A DNA stretch of 63,294 nt, counting the filler, from Sphacelaria rigidula (lineage: Eukaryota): NCBI GenBank assembly GCA_964200075.2. It is 7 parts of 7 records of this genome, joined end to end, with 100 filler letters (N's around TTAATTAATTAA, not from the genome) between each part and the next. Parts side by side here need not be neighbours in the genome. Positions count along the whole stretch, not along the records: positions 9,058 to 18,014 come from CAXNAA020009658.1; positions 18,115 to 27,070 come from CAXNAA020009659.1; 5 more parts are not named here. One strand, written 5' to 3'. The position numbers were made by a program, and so were the translations under genes. Below the pieces are notes generated by a model that saw nothing but the letters and a program-made list of their open reading frames with translations, had not been told where the DNA came from and made no database searches. Shown piece by piece: positions 12,201-25,779 of the stretch. How positions within the stretch are numbered: position 1 is the stretch's first letter; every line of letters begins with the position of its first letter.

Positions 12201-15200
12201 AAGCACCTGCGGCAGCCTCCGCCGATATCGCAGTGATCTCGGCCCTCTTCTCCAACAGCCCATGTTTCAGCAACGTCGTCAGACTCAATCCGCCCCACTC
12301 CGCCGCCATAGGAAATACCTGATACAGCTCCAACCGTCGCCGGCCTTCTTCCCTGCGAGCCTTCCCTGCCACGTTAATCGTCTTCGGCGTTTTTTTACTT
12401 CCCCATGCGCCGTTCACATCACAGTCCGGAAGAAGAGCTGCATCTCCGTCAGGACTCGCATTCGTGGAAGAGCGGCTTGCGATCGAAGACAGCGAACTGG
12501 GCCCACCACCGTTTGCAGAAGGAGGGATCGCCGTCGTAGGTTCTTTCGATGTCGCAGGCGCTGCGGTCAACAAATCCGTGCTATCCACATCACCGCCATC
12601 GTGAGTAGAAGGAGCGTCCACTTTTGCGTCTACACCGAGCTCATCTCCGGCGAGACGCCCTTCAGTTGCTTCCGAGCCGCCCTTAGTGTCCCTGTTTTCT
12701 TTTCCCGATTGCTCTTTGGCGTGATCATTGGTATCGCTGTCATGATCGCCGTTGTTTTTGGTGATGAGGGGGGTAATGGTGGTCGTGGTGGTGTTACTAC
12801 TATCTCTGCTTCGTCGTTTGGCCGCCCTTTGCCCATCTTCCTCGCCTGTCGCCACACAACGATATAGGGGCGCGCTGTCCTCTTTTTTCCTTTGACCTTT
12901 TGCAGCCGTGCGCGCAAAGTTCGATTCAAGGCCAGCCGCTCGTCGTAGCGCGAGCATGTTTTCGTTGCGAGCCATGCTCTTCAGGGTCTGTTGGTCAGGG
13001 GGGAGGGGGGCAAGGGGCAGTGCAAATCGACATGCGGCAGCACGGGGGGGGGCAAAGGATGTGGTACATATCGTATGTCTTCGCATAGTCCTTGATGTCG
13101 CAAAACTAGCTGTCGTAGAATATTCCAATGTTATGCACGACATCCACTTCATCTGCTGCTCATGTCGCACCGAATTATTTTCCCTTCGAAACTCGTGTAT
13201 AGTATCATTCTCGAAACCTTAGTGCATAAGGCGACATCATTTGGCCCTGTCCGACATGCTCCCGGTTTTTGTTAGCCCGGCCTCCGGCGCAAAATCCAAG
13301 GGTCTAAACGCGTATGGTGACGGACTGTCCTGGTCGGCAAGGACGGCGCCAACGTTTCGCCAGGATCAACTCGTCATCGCAAAAAAAATGGAAAAGGTGC
13401 GAACGTGATCATCTTCCACGGACCCATGGCTAGCAGATTATGCGATCAACCGACCGGTCGGCCATATAGTGGTTATCAGCTGAATTTGGGGAGTTTTGTA
13501 ATTCTTCCGCTGTCGGCGATTGATTTTCAATGGTGTTTCGCGTTCCACCGCTCACCCCAGTGAACGTTTGATCCCGGAGTTCAGGGATCGGGAAATACTC
13601 GGCATCCACTCCACATTCCGAACAAAAAGTCACCTCGGCGCTCAAAATTGGACGACTCACCAGAGATGGCTTGGTCTCTTGAGACCGCGAACTCATCCCG
13701 AGGGAGGGAAAGGGTTCAAAGTGCGACAAAAAAAAACGCTAATGATAATAAAAATACGGGCTAAGTTGACGAGGGTTGTTATTGACCGTTTTTAGTCTAA
13801 ACACACATTTTTTTGTTTTCGACTCAAGCCCAATGAATGGGTGGAGATGAAAAATTAAACTCTGTGATTATTCACGAGAGCGATCGAAATTGGTTCACCT
13901 CACTCTGCGTGATGCAGAGCTCGGTTGGGCATTTTTCATAGCTTGGGTACTTTTCTTCATTTGCTCGTATAGTATTATTCCATTACACTTGAAAATCCTA
14001 GCATCGATAGATATTGGGGGGTAAAGCAGGTCGTGTTCAGGACATAGTCCTCAGGTTGGTGTTATCGGGGTGATACGGAGTAAGTACATCATTCACCAGG
14101 GGGTGTTATCGACCGTTGCTACTTAAGAAACACAGTTCTCCGGCACTAGCACAGTGAAGAGGTAGAAAATAAAAAACATGTCCGTTCACACATGTTCACG
14201 GGAACAATAGGGATTGCTTCAATTGAGCAACAATACCCAAGAGTGAATGAAAACCTGGGTCTGGGTAGTCGCAGGAGCCCCGAAACCGGTCAGCCCGTAA
14301 GTCGTTCAACATTGATCGCAGAGACGTTTTCTTTCCCGGAATGTGGAGCGGATGCCTAGTATTTCTCGACCCCCAAACGTTGGGATTAAACGTACAGTGG
14401 GATCAGCGGTGGCACGCGAAAACACTGTTGTAAATCGTCAACTACGATAAAAATGCAAAATCCCCTATTTCAGCAGAAAACTCCTGTAGACGGATTGGCG
14501 TGACGACCACGTTGAATCTCACTGCTGTCAGGAAGGATGTCGACAGTAACCAGAAATGGAAGCAGAAGACCGCGGCAATGGCCGACAGATAACGTACTTT
14601 GAGTCGGGGGGGAAATTGACCCACGTAGAAACAAAATTTTCAATTTTAGACTCGTAGACAGGCTTTTTGCGATTGCTGTTGCTAGTCGCCGATGCCACCG
14701 GCCGGGTCACCCAGTCGCAGCTGGACTCCCACCCGACGCATCAACCACCACAGACACATGGCAAAACTTTGAGGCTACTCAGGCAGCCCGCTAGCCATAT
14801 TTCCAGCGGCTCAACGTGCCAGCGTACCACCGGGTAGTTGCAAGCAACTGTACCGGACAGGTGTGGAACCCTGGTAAATTCGCAAAAAATAATGTTGGCA
14901 ATCTCGCCCGTCTGGAAAATTTCACAAAGATATGTTCCCTCACGTACGACTCTACTACCTACGCCGAAGCCAGGCAAACTCTTGGCCGCACTACTCTAAA
15001 CTTCACGCTCGCCCCGTCACACCCCGTCCCATCCCCCCCCGCAGTGCTCGTTACCTCTTCCAACGGTAGGACCGCCTCCACTCTGTCCCAATACGCTGCA
15101 GTCAAGTTCCTATTCAGCAAAGATCCCACCACAGATAACACGCGTCCGAGATGCCCCAGAGTGTCGGCGGAAGTCGTCGTTACCGCGCAACGTCCACCGG

Positions 15201-17759
15201 CGGTCACCGCCACGGTGTGCTTGCGAACTGCTTGCGCGTGTCGACGGGCCATGTAGCGGGGCTGGCAGGATGCAAGGATAGAGGACTCCCACTCGGTGCG
15301 GAGGTCGCACGCCATACGTTGAGCTTCCCACTTGAGGATCACCTACTTTGCAGGGTCGCGAGACGCGGTGAGTTGGGTGGAGCGATTGGCGTGCAGACAC
15401 CACGAGAGAGGGAGGGGGTGGGGATCCGGGTCGGGGTATCATGGGTGCTCGATATTGGCGGGTTTACGCGAGTCCGTGGTCAAATTACTATGGTTGACGC
15501 ATTCTGGATGTAGCTCTAACCCCAGCTCTGAGCCTCACTCCAACCCAAGGCATCCTGAGAACACTCGGATAAGGGATATGCGTGTGGTGTACTTGGCAAA
15601 GTGAGCACAAATCGGCGCCTTCGGCATCGATGTAAACAAAAATGCATTTTGCGCACAACAGGACTACTGTACTTGGGACCATCAGTACTTTGAAGATCTG
15701 AATCTGACAGCCCTGCACGAAGAGTGGCGTACTTATCGATCGTGGTGAAGTTGACGACGAGCTCGCGTAAACTCGACTGATAACTTCCGTACGTTTATCT
15801 GGAGAAAATAGTAATCAGGTACAAAAAAATGCCGGAAAACCGTGTGCTTCGCGCAGGCCGACCGAAGGGCGTGGCAGGGATACTTCGTTGGACGGGTGTC
15901 AGTTTCATGTCTTCTTATTCGAGGGTTACAGCAGGGAACTTATGTTCGGGGGTGAATGGAAGAAGGCACACACATTGTGAACGATCGGTAGTGAGAATGG
16001 GTGTGTACGACTGGTACTACTCATTCCAACCACTCCGTCGCCTCCCGCCACAGCCCAAGCGCAGTTCCAAAGCCATCCTCGTGACGCCAGAGGCCGGAGA
16101 ACCTCGTCGAGCACACGATACCCCACTCAGCAACGCACGCGTGTTTCCCACCTCTTTGCTATCGTACGACGATCGCAAGATGACTCCACAGTATCCTCGC
16201 CAACACTCCGTGTTGGCCCTTTCGCATCTTGAGTGACTAGAACTAAGAACGAAGCGGAGATCTCTGCTGCAGAAGTGTGCACACCGGAACACCTCGTAGC
16301 GAACGTTCCGGTTGTCGCAGTACGACTCAAATAGATCACTGCGCAGGAAGAGGATAGAATAAAATAGCTCGGAAATGGTACCAGCTATAATTGGCCATCA
16401 TCATTATAATGGTAGTAATGGTGATGGTTATATGAAGATTTTGGACAATGGTTCCCCCATTATGTACCGTTACCAGCTGTAAAAGCCGTTAACGGCTACG
16501 TATGCTACATACATGCAGCCCTTGAAAATTGGCCCAAAATTGACGTATTTGTTTAGCTCTAGTGAAGTCAAATCGCGTAAAAATGTGCCTCCGGCCCGAC
16601 GCCTCCAGGGGGGGGGGGGGCTCTGCCGGGGGGGGGAGGGGGGCTTTCTGGCTCGCGGCTGCGCCGCTCGATGACCAAACTACAATGTACCATTTAAGTG
16701 GTTAATGGTTGCGCTACGCGTGACCATTCAAGTGGTTAATGGCTAGACAACCCTTTCTGAGCTCTATGGAATAACGCATCCACTGTTCTTGCGAATTCAC
16801 CTTCTCGCGCGCGCCCTCTACTCTCTCCAGGTCGACCCGAATTTTGTCGTTATCGTGCTTGCGGTTTGACCATTCTCTCAGTCGAGCAGTCGGGGCTCCC
16901 CCTCCCACACCAAACAAGTCTCCATCGAGGAGCTCACTATATCGATGATAGCGAGCTTCCCTCTCCTGCAAACGTCAGAAGGGGAAATCGGAGGGGACCA
17001 GAATCGGCGGCATTCGGACGGGTGCGCAATAGCGTTGACTGCGGCGGGTACCTGTAGACCATCCTCCATTAATTGCACAGAGAGTAGCTGCACATGTGCT
17101 CATGGCCGAGTGGAAGTGCTGCACCCACCACATGGCGATGAAGCCGGGCGAGGGCCAAGGTATTCGACTACTATAGTATCATTGTTCTAGCACCTCCAGT
17201 CATCCAAATAAAACTGTGAGTAGTTAACAAGATAGCGGTTCAACAAACACCATTAGGTAACAGCCAGGGAAGCAAACAACCGCAATAACACGCCACATGA
17301 GTTGAGGTCAACAGCAAAACAAAATTGTTCAAGATAGTACGGTATACTCCTCTTCTCAGTGAATCAATGTTCAAGTACTGTTCTTGCTTTTTGGTTTCCT
17401 GTGCCCAAACGCCGTCGTCGCGTATCGAATTCAAAGGAAGGGGTTCCAGCTACACTTGTGGAAAGATTAGCGTTGTGCATCTCCCCAATCCAACTACCCC
17501 GCCATCTAGCATTACGGACAGATACCCCCAAATCAAAACGCGATTTTTATAAACATGCTTCTTCAGACCACTGGAACCACACCGGTTGTACACGTCCTTT
17601 AACAGTCACCCTGCTACTGACCTGCATTTCCATTAGTCGGACGCGACACGCGTCTAGCTTGGAGCACGCGTCAGAGGGATCTGTGGAGGGGTCGGCCAGG
17701 GAAGGAGACATGACATCCGCTTCTAGCCGTTCAACATCGCGAGCGAGGGACGCGAATGC
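9300..17759 (-). CDS. Dynein heavy chain-like gene fragment (tail/linker, DHC_N2 region); exons 17622-17759, 16801-16965, 15055-15342, 12181-12987, 11358-11765, 9300-9416
   Basis: All six exons have AG/GT borders, are phase 0 and stop-free. The joined peptide follows DHC_N2 order: RLMEMQ|EREARYHRYSELL...AREK|VILKWE...VVGSLLNRNLTAAYWDRV...LSLTTLLKHGLLEKRAEITAISAEA...LQ|ELEDVWQ...LLSNGDEML...HWQRKISWFQ|ELITQWMAVQEQWVRLAPAF...RFTE. Confidence 0.82.
10329..10533. mobile_element. ~200-bp MITE with TGT...ACA ends and internal telomere-like repeats
   Basis: ~40-bp TIRs (TGTACTGTGTGAGAGGACCGCGTGCTTAG...); second copy inverted at 20337-20537. Confidence 0.85.
10722..11231. repeat. ~510-bp spacerless foldback (long inverted repeat) in a dynein intron
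   Basis: Arms align out from the central palindrome GATCCGATCGGATC (10969-10982) to CACTCACC/GGTGAGTG. Confidence 0.85.
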
Positions 17760-17785
17760 CTGGGTTCGGCATGCACACGACAGAC

Positions 17786-17860
17786 GGGGGCGTACTCATT
17801 TGTTGCTTGCCTTAGTCGTTTGATCATTGACCACGCATCCCTTTCGAGACGGAGCACCGA
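17786..17860 (+). repeat. ~70-bp dispersed repeat (G)nCGTACTCATTTGTTGCTTGCCTTAGTCG...CCCTTTCGAGACGGAGCA (also 9058-9116, 28905-28987 minus, 36085-36120, 43720-43820, 55938-56020)
   Basis: At least six clearly alignable copies. Confidence 0.85.
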
Positions 17861-18119
17861 AGAGACACGACAGACGGGGGGGGCGTGTCGGTTATCAAAA
17901 AGAGGCAACTACTGTGTACCCCCCTTTAGTGGACACCTGAAAAATCTCATGGCTGGTAGCTACCGAGTCATGCTACGATACGGAGGGGGGGAGGGTGTAC
18001 TCATGATCATGCATNNNNNNNNNNNNNNNNNNNNNNNNNNNNNNNNNNNNNNNNNNNNTTAATTAATTAANNNNNNNNNNNNNNNNNNNNNNNNNNNNNN
18101 NNNNNNNNNNNNNNACTTC

Positions 18120-19069
18120 GCCACGCAAGTGACACGGAAGCGTTAAGTCACGTACGTGTAATGCTTTGCTTTTCGTACCAAGGTTTTGAGTGACCTCGGT
18201 TGGTGGTTTAACCGTCGGGGTGCAACCTCTGCGATACCACTGTTCATATTGAACGGTGGTCGGTCCGTTCTGCAAGAGCGTCGACCGTGATTTATTCCAA
18301 CATCTTCTCCTCTCGATTTGAGGTCTTGCAGTACAGCTAGTGGGCGCCACTCTACTTTTCCGCTTCCGAGAGGGGTGTATAGCTTTTTTGCTGACCCTCT
18401 GAGGGTAAGTGGTAAGTGTTTTATGGCGTGTCGTTGTACTGTGGATTCTGTGCAATCGTCAAGGGCATGAATCCTAACTCGATTGAAAAACGCATCAAGA
18501 ATTTCTGGCACGTCCTCATTCCGTTTCCCTTCTAGGATCAACGTTGATGGAAGATCCGATTGTTGTTTCATCGAAAAAAATTGAGTTATCATGGTGCTAC
18601 TATGGCTGGTAGATGGCGGAGTCAGCACTGAACTAGACAGAGGCTCTATGTTGTGGCTGTTTTCTTGTACGTTGTTGAGTCTTGCTGGCGGATCTAACGT
18701 CAAAATCCCTGAGCTCTTTGCGGATTGGATCGGCGTAGTGTTAGGCAGTTCGACCTTGAAATTATCGACTGGATCGTTGACACTCTCCTGGGGTTTACTT
18801 GCATTGCTTTGTAGCAGCGTACTGTTACTTAGATGTTCTGTTTCCGACGCTACTGGGTTGCTCGATTTCGATACCTGTGAAACTCCCTGTTCCTGCGGTA
18901 CTGAAAAACCTAAAGCTTGCATCACCCACGGAGCTGGCTCCGTACCCTCCTCGTCGCTACTCTCCAACGCCCTATATGCGAGCTCTGCTGCCTTTTCTTT
19001 GATGTGGTTGTGGCGTCGGGGTTGGTGTAAAGGATGAAGATAGATTGGTGGGATCGCGAAGCGCATCAA
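18120..19069 (-). mobile_element. Degenerate LTR-retrotransposon gag (probably Ty3/Gypsy)
   Basis: EDVPEILDAFF...IKHLPLTLRGSAKKLY, and after a frameshift LLQNGPTTVQYEQWY, resemble retrotransposon gag motifs. Confidence 0.55.
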
Positions 19070-20336
19070 ACTTACCGGTGGACACCTGACGGATATCGGT
19101 GCTCCGCTCAGAGTCCTCAGAGTTATCGCTGCCGCTTTCTCCCTCGTGGCTATACGGGGGTTGAGCGGGCACAGTTGTGTCGGCAGGCGCAGGTACTGCT
19201 GATTGTGCTGCGCCTCTGAACTCTGCCGATTTCGCCGCCGAGGTGGAAGCTGATGACGTGACTGCCGCGGTTGGATGCTGGAGGGTCTGCGCGGTGACTC
19301 TTCCCTGAGTAGTTGTTCTGGTGGATTTTGTAGGCGGATTTCTTTCTCGGCATTGTGAAAGACATGTGCCCCACTACTAGATGCCTTACTTGAGTTCTAA
19401 TCTGGTGTCGCCAATGTAAGGAGGACGTATCCAAGACGGGACAGACTAAGGAAGAGGCTGTCCCAAGAGATGTCGTCATGATGCCGAAGGAACTCCGAAG
19501 CTGACGATAATTTCCTCTTGTGTGATGTAGGCAAGAAGTGGGTCAGACACAGAGTGGTCGCTGGAGGCGACCGGGTTCCTCGAGGGATGTTGGACCGTCC
19601 TGAATATTAGGCTCTTCCTGGCATATCCCCGAGTTGTCTAGTTTCGTTGGCATTACAGGGTCCTTGGGAAATCTGGTCCTTCCGGAACGTTCCTACCTCG
19701 TCCCTGCTTGCACTGGGTCTGTATACATGTGTAACATCAGTCTCTGATATGTCACTACAAAGGGATATCTCCCACAGAACGACGGATTTAGGTGTAACTT
19801 TCGAAAGAAGGGGCGCACCTACAATATACGGTGGAATGTCTCTGAGGACAGATGTAATAATTTCCCAGATGCACCTGTTTGATGGCGTGTGTAGTTTGGA
19901 GAGGTGTCTTTGCTCGGATGATGAGTTGTTCTTCTCTGGACTCTTTTCTCGCGAGCTCACTACTGAAACACCAGTGCAAGGGGGTATTCGAGTGAACGGG
20001 CTAATCAGTAGAGTCTACGGTACTGAACTGATGAGACAGTACATGTGCACTCGTCTTTCTATGTTTCAACCGTTTCATGTGGTGGGATTTGCTATCATAG
20101 TTGGCGTATGTGTAGGACTTACGTACGTACTGTCGGGGTGAACGGCCTTGCGTTGCGGTGGTGTTGGCCCCCCACCAGGACCACTGCGTTCTCTTTGCTT
20201 TGTCTGGCTATATATAATACTACACTTCTACGACAACCTGATCGGCTCGGTCGTGTTCTTTGACCGACTTCACCAGTCGTGTTCATCGATGCCCGCGTAC
20301 GGATCACGAATCAAGGAGCATTGACCGGGTACGTCC

Positions 20337-20537
20337 TGTAATGTGTGAGAGGACCGCGTGCTTAGAGGACCGCATCGAAATTCAAACACCCCGATGGTTA
20401 GGGCTAGGGTTAGGGTTACTGTTGGGGTTGGGGTCAGGGACGTGGTCCCTGCAGGGACTGACCCGATTGGTTTTGAAAAAAGTCGATCCTGAGGTGCTTT
20501 GGACTACGATAAGCACGCGGTCCTCTCACGCACTACA
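20337..20537. mobile_element. Second copy of the TGT...ACA MITE, with 5-bp TSD CGTCC
   Basis: CGTCC at 20332-20336 and 20538-20542; internal GGTTAGGGCTAGGGTTAGGGTTA. Confidence 0.85.
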
Positions 20538-20699
20538 CGTCCCTCCATCCGTACGTCCTTCTCGTGCCCGAGCTCCCGCGTTACACTGGCGGGACAGGTA
20601 GCATACGCGGGGAGGGGGGGGGGGCTTCTGCTCGCGGCGAAGACGGTGGGTCCGTTGCTGGCACAGCCGACTGCGAGACGGTGGTCGGCGAAGTGACGG

Positions 20700-22410
20700 C
20701 AACTGGCAACGCAGCGGTTGACGGTGGAACTGACTAGAGTGGTTGCCGGCACAGTCGACTGCGAGACAGCGATCGGCGAAGTGGCAGCAACTGATGTCGG
20801 AGCGGTGTAGCGGACGATGTACGACGGCGACGTTATGGCGTCGGAAACCTCACCTGAATCTTCATTTGAATCCCTCCCTGCGGCCGGTAACGTAGGCGCC
20901 AGGACGGGAACCCGCGCGACAGACCACGTCACATTGTTGGTGTAGCAGACTTGATTGGTGGACAACTTGAGCACTTTCACCCAACTCGAAGTGCTGTTAC
21001 TGCGGTTGTTGACAAAGAAGCACTCGACCGCCTGAGCATCGGATCTTCTGTGGCGATCGATACGCTTGAAGTCCGGCTGAAACTACGGCACAACTTGCAG
21101 TGGCGGCAGGTCGCCCAAGTACAGTTCATGAAGGGAGCGCCACCCCGCGTTCGCTTTTGTGGCGGAGCGGTTGAAGCAGTCGCATGTCGATTGAGCAGCC
21201 TCGAGCTACAGAATCCGTAAATCGGGACCGACGCCTAGCTGCTCCAGGTCTACACCAGGAAAAAGACGACGCACCTCTGCTCTGGCGACATGACCGCCAG
21301 TGAGTAGTTAACTCCGTTCTGCTGAGGCGTGTCGGGGGAAGTATATTTCCGACGAATGTTGCAGGGGTCGCACAGGTCGGTGTAGGCATGGCTAATGAAC
21401 TTACCACCGTTGTCAGCGCGGGAGTAGCTCGGCACCCCTTTCCTGTTGCTGTCAGCGAGGAACCGTGTAACCTACATCGCAGGCTCCGCCTTTGTTTCCA
21501 TGTGGACATCCGTATCCACCTCGAATAGCTGTCGGCGAAAACGATGAGGTAGTGGAACTTGCCAAGAGAATCCTCGTACGGTCCAGCCAAGTCGATGTGC
21601 ACTGTTCCCTGGGGACACGCGCTCGATAGGTGGTACGATGCGGTGCCGTTGCACGCCTATCCTTTGGTTCCAGACACCCACCATATGGCTGCAGTTCCCC
21701 CGTTTTTGCATTCAACAGAAGACTACAACAGCTGCTCAATCGAAAGGCGTGGCAAGCTCGAGAATTATCTTGCCTACAAAGAGATGCGTAGAGTGGCACC
21801 AGGTTCAATCAGTGTGTTGAGATCAGCTCCTGGAAATCGACCGATTAAAGGGTGACACATCAGTTGGAAAACAACTGACTGTAACTGGATTGGCTAGAGT
21901 TTAGGATCTATCTACGGCAGGTTCGGCGTTTCTCCCAACATAGATTTTAGCATGCAACATGAGACAACATTTGATCAAAAGACAGAGGAGAGCTCACAAA
22001 ATCATCTTGCCTACACAGAGATGGATGGAGTGACAGGATATTCGCAGTGTGAACTAAGATCGGTCAGTACGAAGATGCCTGTGAAGTTGATCGTAGTTCA
22101 TGCAGGATCTACGGCACGTGCGGCGTTTCTCCGGTCGCCTGTCATCATCTGAAGACCCAACATCCATTTTCGCATGCCGCAGAAAGCTGTTCACAGGACG
22201 TGGCAAAGCTCACGAAATAATATTTTGCCTCCACAGAGACGCATCCAGTGGCGCGAGATTCACACTGTGCCGAGATCAGCTTTTGAAAGTCAAACGAGGA
22301 GAGGGTGGCTCATATCATTTATACGACACACCACCTCTTTTCTTTTGGGTGACGGAGACCCAACAAGTGTCCGTCGAGGAACCACCTTCTCACATTGGCC
22401 CAGATTGAAC
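20700..22410 (-). mobile_element. Ty1/Copia pol remnant (integrase core)
   Basis: HIDLAGPY...YLIVFADSYSRW and RADNGGKF...YTSPDTPQQNGV (rve DDE motifs), frameshifted. Confidence 0.85.
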
Positions 22411-25400
22411 GTCTAGCGTAAGTTGAGAGTGAGTATTATGATTCATTCTAACTTGACCAGTTTTTTTTGTCTTGTGCGTGTATGTTTGTAACAATGTCGT
22501 GTGCTTACAGCTACACGTCGATATCCTTCTCGGGGATACCAAAAGCTTCAGTAGCAAACACTGCAAACAGCGTATGATGCCACGTATGAGGCCTTGAGGC
22601 ACATTTCCGAAGTTAAGATGTTTCAGGCAATAATCGTCGACCACTTCTGGAAATCTGGGGTTCTAGGTTCCTGCTGATTGACTAGACTGATTCAATAAAA
22701 CATACATTGGATTGATCCCACGGCTAAGGGATTTCATTCAAGCGGCTCCTTGCCTGGCTCGGCGACGTATTCCCCAAGAACCACCACTCTAAAAATGGAT
22801 TGAGATTTCCTTTTCTTCAGGTTCTCCCTCTTAATCAAACGCTAGGCTTCTCAATCGGGCGAAAACCTCATTCATAATCAACACTCGGACGTTGCTCGTT
22901 CTCGCCTTCACCCGGCGGGCAAAATTAGCGTTCTGCTGCGTCGAGTACCCTGCGTGCTACACAACGATGATAATCGGAGAAAGAAGATGCCGTACAGGTT
23001 AAAATACGACACACTTGCTGTACCCACACCGGCTATCAACCGCTCAAGGGGTCACTGCTTGGTAGCCTAAACACTAAAGCAGTCATGAATTCCAAAACTG
23101 CGAACACCTGCAAATCCAAACTATTTGAAGCACCTATACGTACAAACCTAAGAGCCAAATCCAGGATATCCACCGCTCGCATATCAATCAAAAAGGAAGC
23201 AAAACCGCATTTCTAGCCCCAGCCGTGAGAAAATGCAACCAAAGATCCCCCGAAGAAAAATCTTCCGACCTGATTATTATTGGTTCACCACATATGCAAA
23301 CACTTATGACGGTGTCCGGCGACGCGGGCATCTACGGCGGAATCCCAACTCTGCTTGAGCAGCTCTCACTGCATCTTTGCCAACACGTGATTGGCCAATA
23401 AACGGCGTTTCAAGCAGAGAGTCGCGACTACTTTCCGCCGATTGTCATCCGAAGATCGAAGCATACATTTCGGCCCCCATAAGCATTGACATTGAAAAAA
23501 TCGTGCAAAAAAACTGTTAGAAATCATTCCCTCACTTGACTTTTTTCTGCGTTGATGTCACGAATGACCTCATCAAGCTTTCCAGAAACGTACTCCCTGG
23601 ATTGAATGTCTTTCGACATCAGATACACCTTGGCTGTAGTCTAAGGCAGTCTTCATCCTAGTCTTTCTCCTCACCACGGATTTCAGATTCCGGGGATTGG
23701 AGGACGACACCGACGTTTACGTGGGTCATAACCAGCCTGCTGCCCTTACAATCAAATAATAACGCGTCTTATTCACTGCAGTCAAAACTCAGGCTCAGTG
23801 AGTAGGAGTCACACAGCATCAAAGTGGGGCCCCGTACTTCCAAATAACTGCACGGGTACCACGACTGCACCCGCATGGGCTGACTTTCCTAAGATGAACG
23901 GGGCCGCAGGCTGTAATGGAAGCCGAAGTCGCATGAGCCAATCAGAGGAACAACTGCCGCAACAGCCTCAATCTCCTTAAGGTCCTTGGAGTTCAACACT
24001 TTTGCCTTCTTACCGCCGGAGGCAAAGCTCGATTTCGCCATCCTATCTCCCTCCTACGCAAATATGCACACAAGCATGGGACTAGGGTGACAAAGCGGAA
24101 ACACTTTTTGGACCATCGAAAACACTCATGTGAGCTCTCCTTCATGACAACGTGGTTCTTCTTGTGTATAATATGGGATTGACAGTGTTTTTTTGGTACC
24201 GTATACTCTACTATATCACAACGTATATTGCCAGGTGAAGAAGTGGTTGTGGTCCACGCAAGTCTACCATGTCGAGCATAGTACGCCGGTGGGTCGACAG
24301 GGCGGCCTGACACCAATACAAGCATGAACATCCGACTACAAAAAAGTGCTGTTAAACATGGCTGCGCGGAGTGCCATACCGGGGTGCCTACTTCATTCAG
24401 AGCAACAACAAGAAACACCGCCAAAACTCCAACCCTAACCCTGACCCTGACCCTGACCCGACATCGCTCACTTGAGAGTGTCTTCCAAACGCTTCCAGGG
24501 CCACGGTCAGAACATTCTGACTGATCTTGACATCATCTCCGAGCACGAAACGTAGAATGCTCTCGATCATCTCAGGATCCTGTCAAAAGGAACAAACGAT
24601 CAATCCACTAACAGGTGGAAAAGTGCAAAAGAACGCTTCATGATAGAAATGAGGAAAAAGTGACATCTGATTGCAGTGCCACATTGCAGGTTCCGACGAC
24701 CCGTCACCAGTCAGGAAAGTGCCGATATTTCACCCGACTACACTTTCCGCCGCATTTCTCATGCCCTTTTGTGTCCGCAAGACAAGCGGAAATCAATTCG
24801 GGTGACGACACTTTCATCCGCAAAACAACGGCGCCGCAAGTCCCGGATCTCGCCCAAACCCTCCACGCAAAAAGACGTGGATAGCGGCGCATCACGGAAG
24901 TGTGAAAACCCTACAGTACCTAACGACGGATGCCCGCTGCCTTGCGCTTTATTGGCCTTGTCGCAAGCAAAAAAAAACGTGAAACCAGAAACCTCGATAC
25001 ACGTCCAATGCATTCAGCGGAGGTACGCTCCCGGCACGAAGCTCATCAACAAAATTAGCAAAATACGGGAGCATCTGCCTGTTCCGGCGACCACCTATGG
25101 TACGCTTTGACTCCTCAGAGCAGTTTTTAGTCGTGATAAATGACGCAGTTGTTCTTGTGCTCGTCTCCTTCGGGTGGTGCGCATTTTAAAGCCAACACTT
25201 TCAGGTGTGGTTCTTTCTGCATCGGTGTGGGGGCTGCCTTCAGACGCAAATGAAGTACATACGCAACCACACAAGTGTGTGCGTCAAGGATGGCACGACA
25301 TCACTCATCTGTTGCTTCTTCCCACGGAGTTACACGATACCCTTCGTCGAAATATAGCGGGGCGATTGAAGTTGATAAGTTCAACTGGTTATCGCACATT

Positions 25401-25779
25401 CATTGATCCGCCACGTGTCCAGTCGTGGTCACACGATGGACACACCCACGGCAAAATAACGCCATCACTCGCTTAGAAAACTGAACAGAGGGGGGGGGAA
25501 TAGAAATGGAAGAAAGCAACATCCACAGTAACATCAAAACGAGACGATGAAAAAACGCCAAGCGCCTGCCGTATTGCTTTCGGTAAGGGGACCATACAAC
25601 AACAGATGAAAAATAGAAGTAGGGTACCATACCCCGGGGTACCCTGAGTTTCCAGAGCATTTGCAGCACTAGGTACCCCGGGGTGCCTGGGGTTACAGGC
25701 TGTCGGCATTCCAGGGTACCTGTGTTGTCTTCTCGGGGAAAATGCCTAATATTCTGAAACATCTAGACAACCAAGCCGT

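Noticed and set aside
17052-17087. Possible extra dynein mini-exon (LLSVQLMEDGLQ)
   Set aside because: The flanking exons already join sensibly (RLMEMQ|EREARY); no independent support
9300-17759. Dynein fragment as a pseudogene (apparent stops/frameshifts near 11850, 13120 and 16130)
   Set aside because: Those positions are intronic once the acceptors for exons starting at 11765, 12987, 15342 and 16965 are used; the exon chain is open
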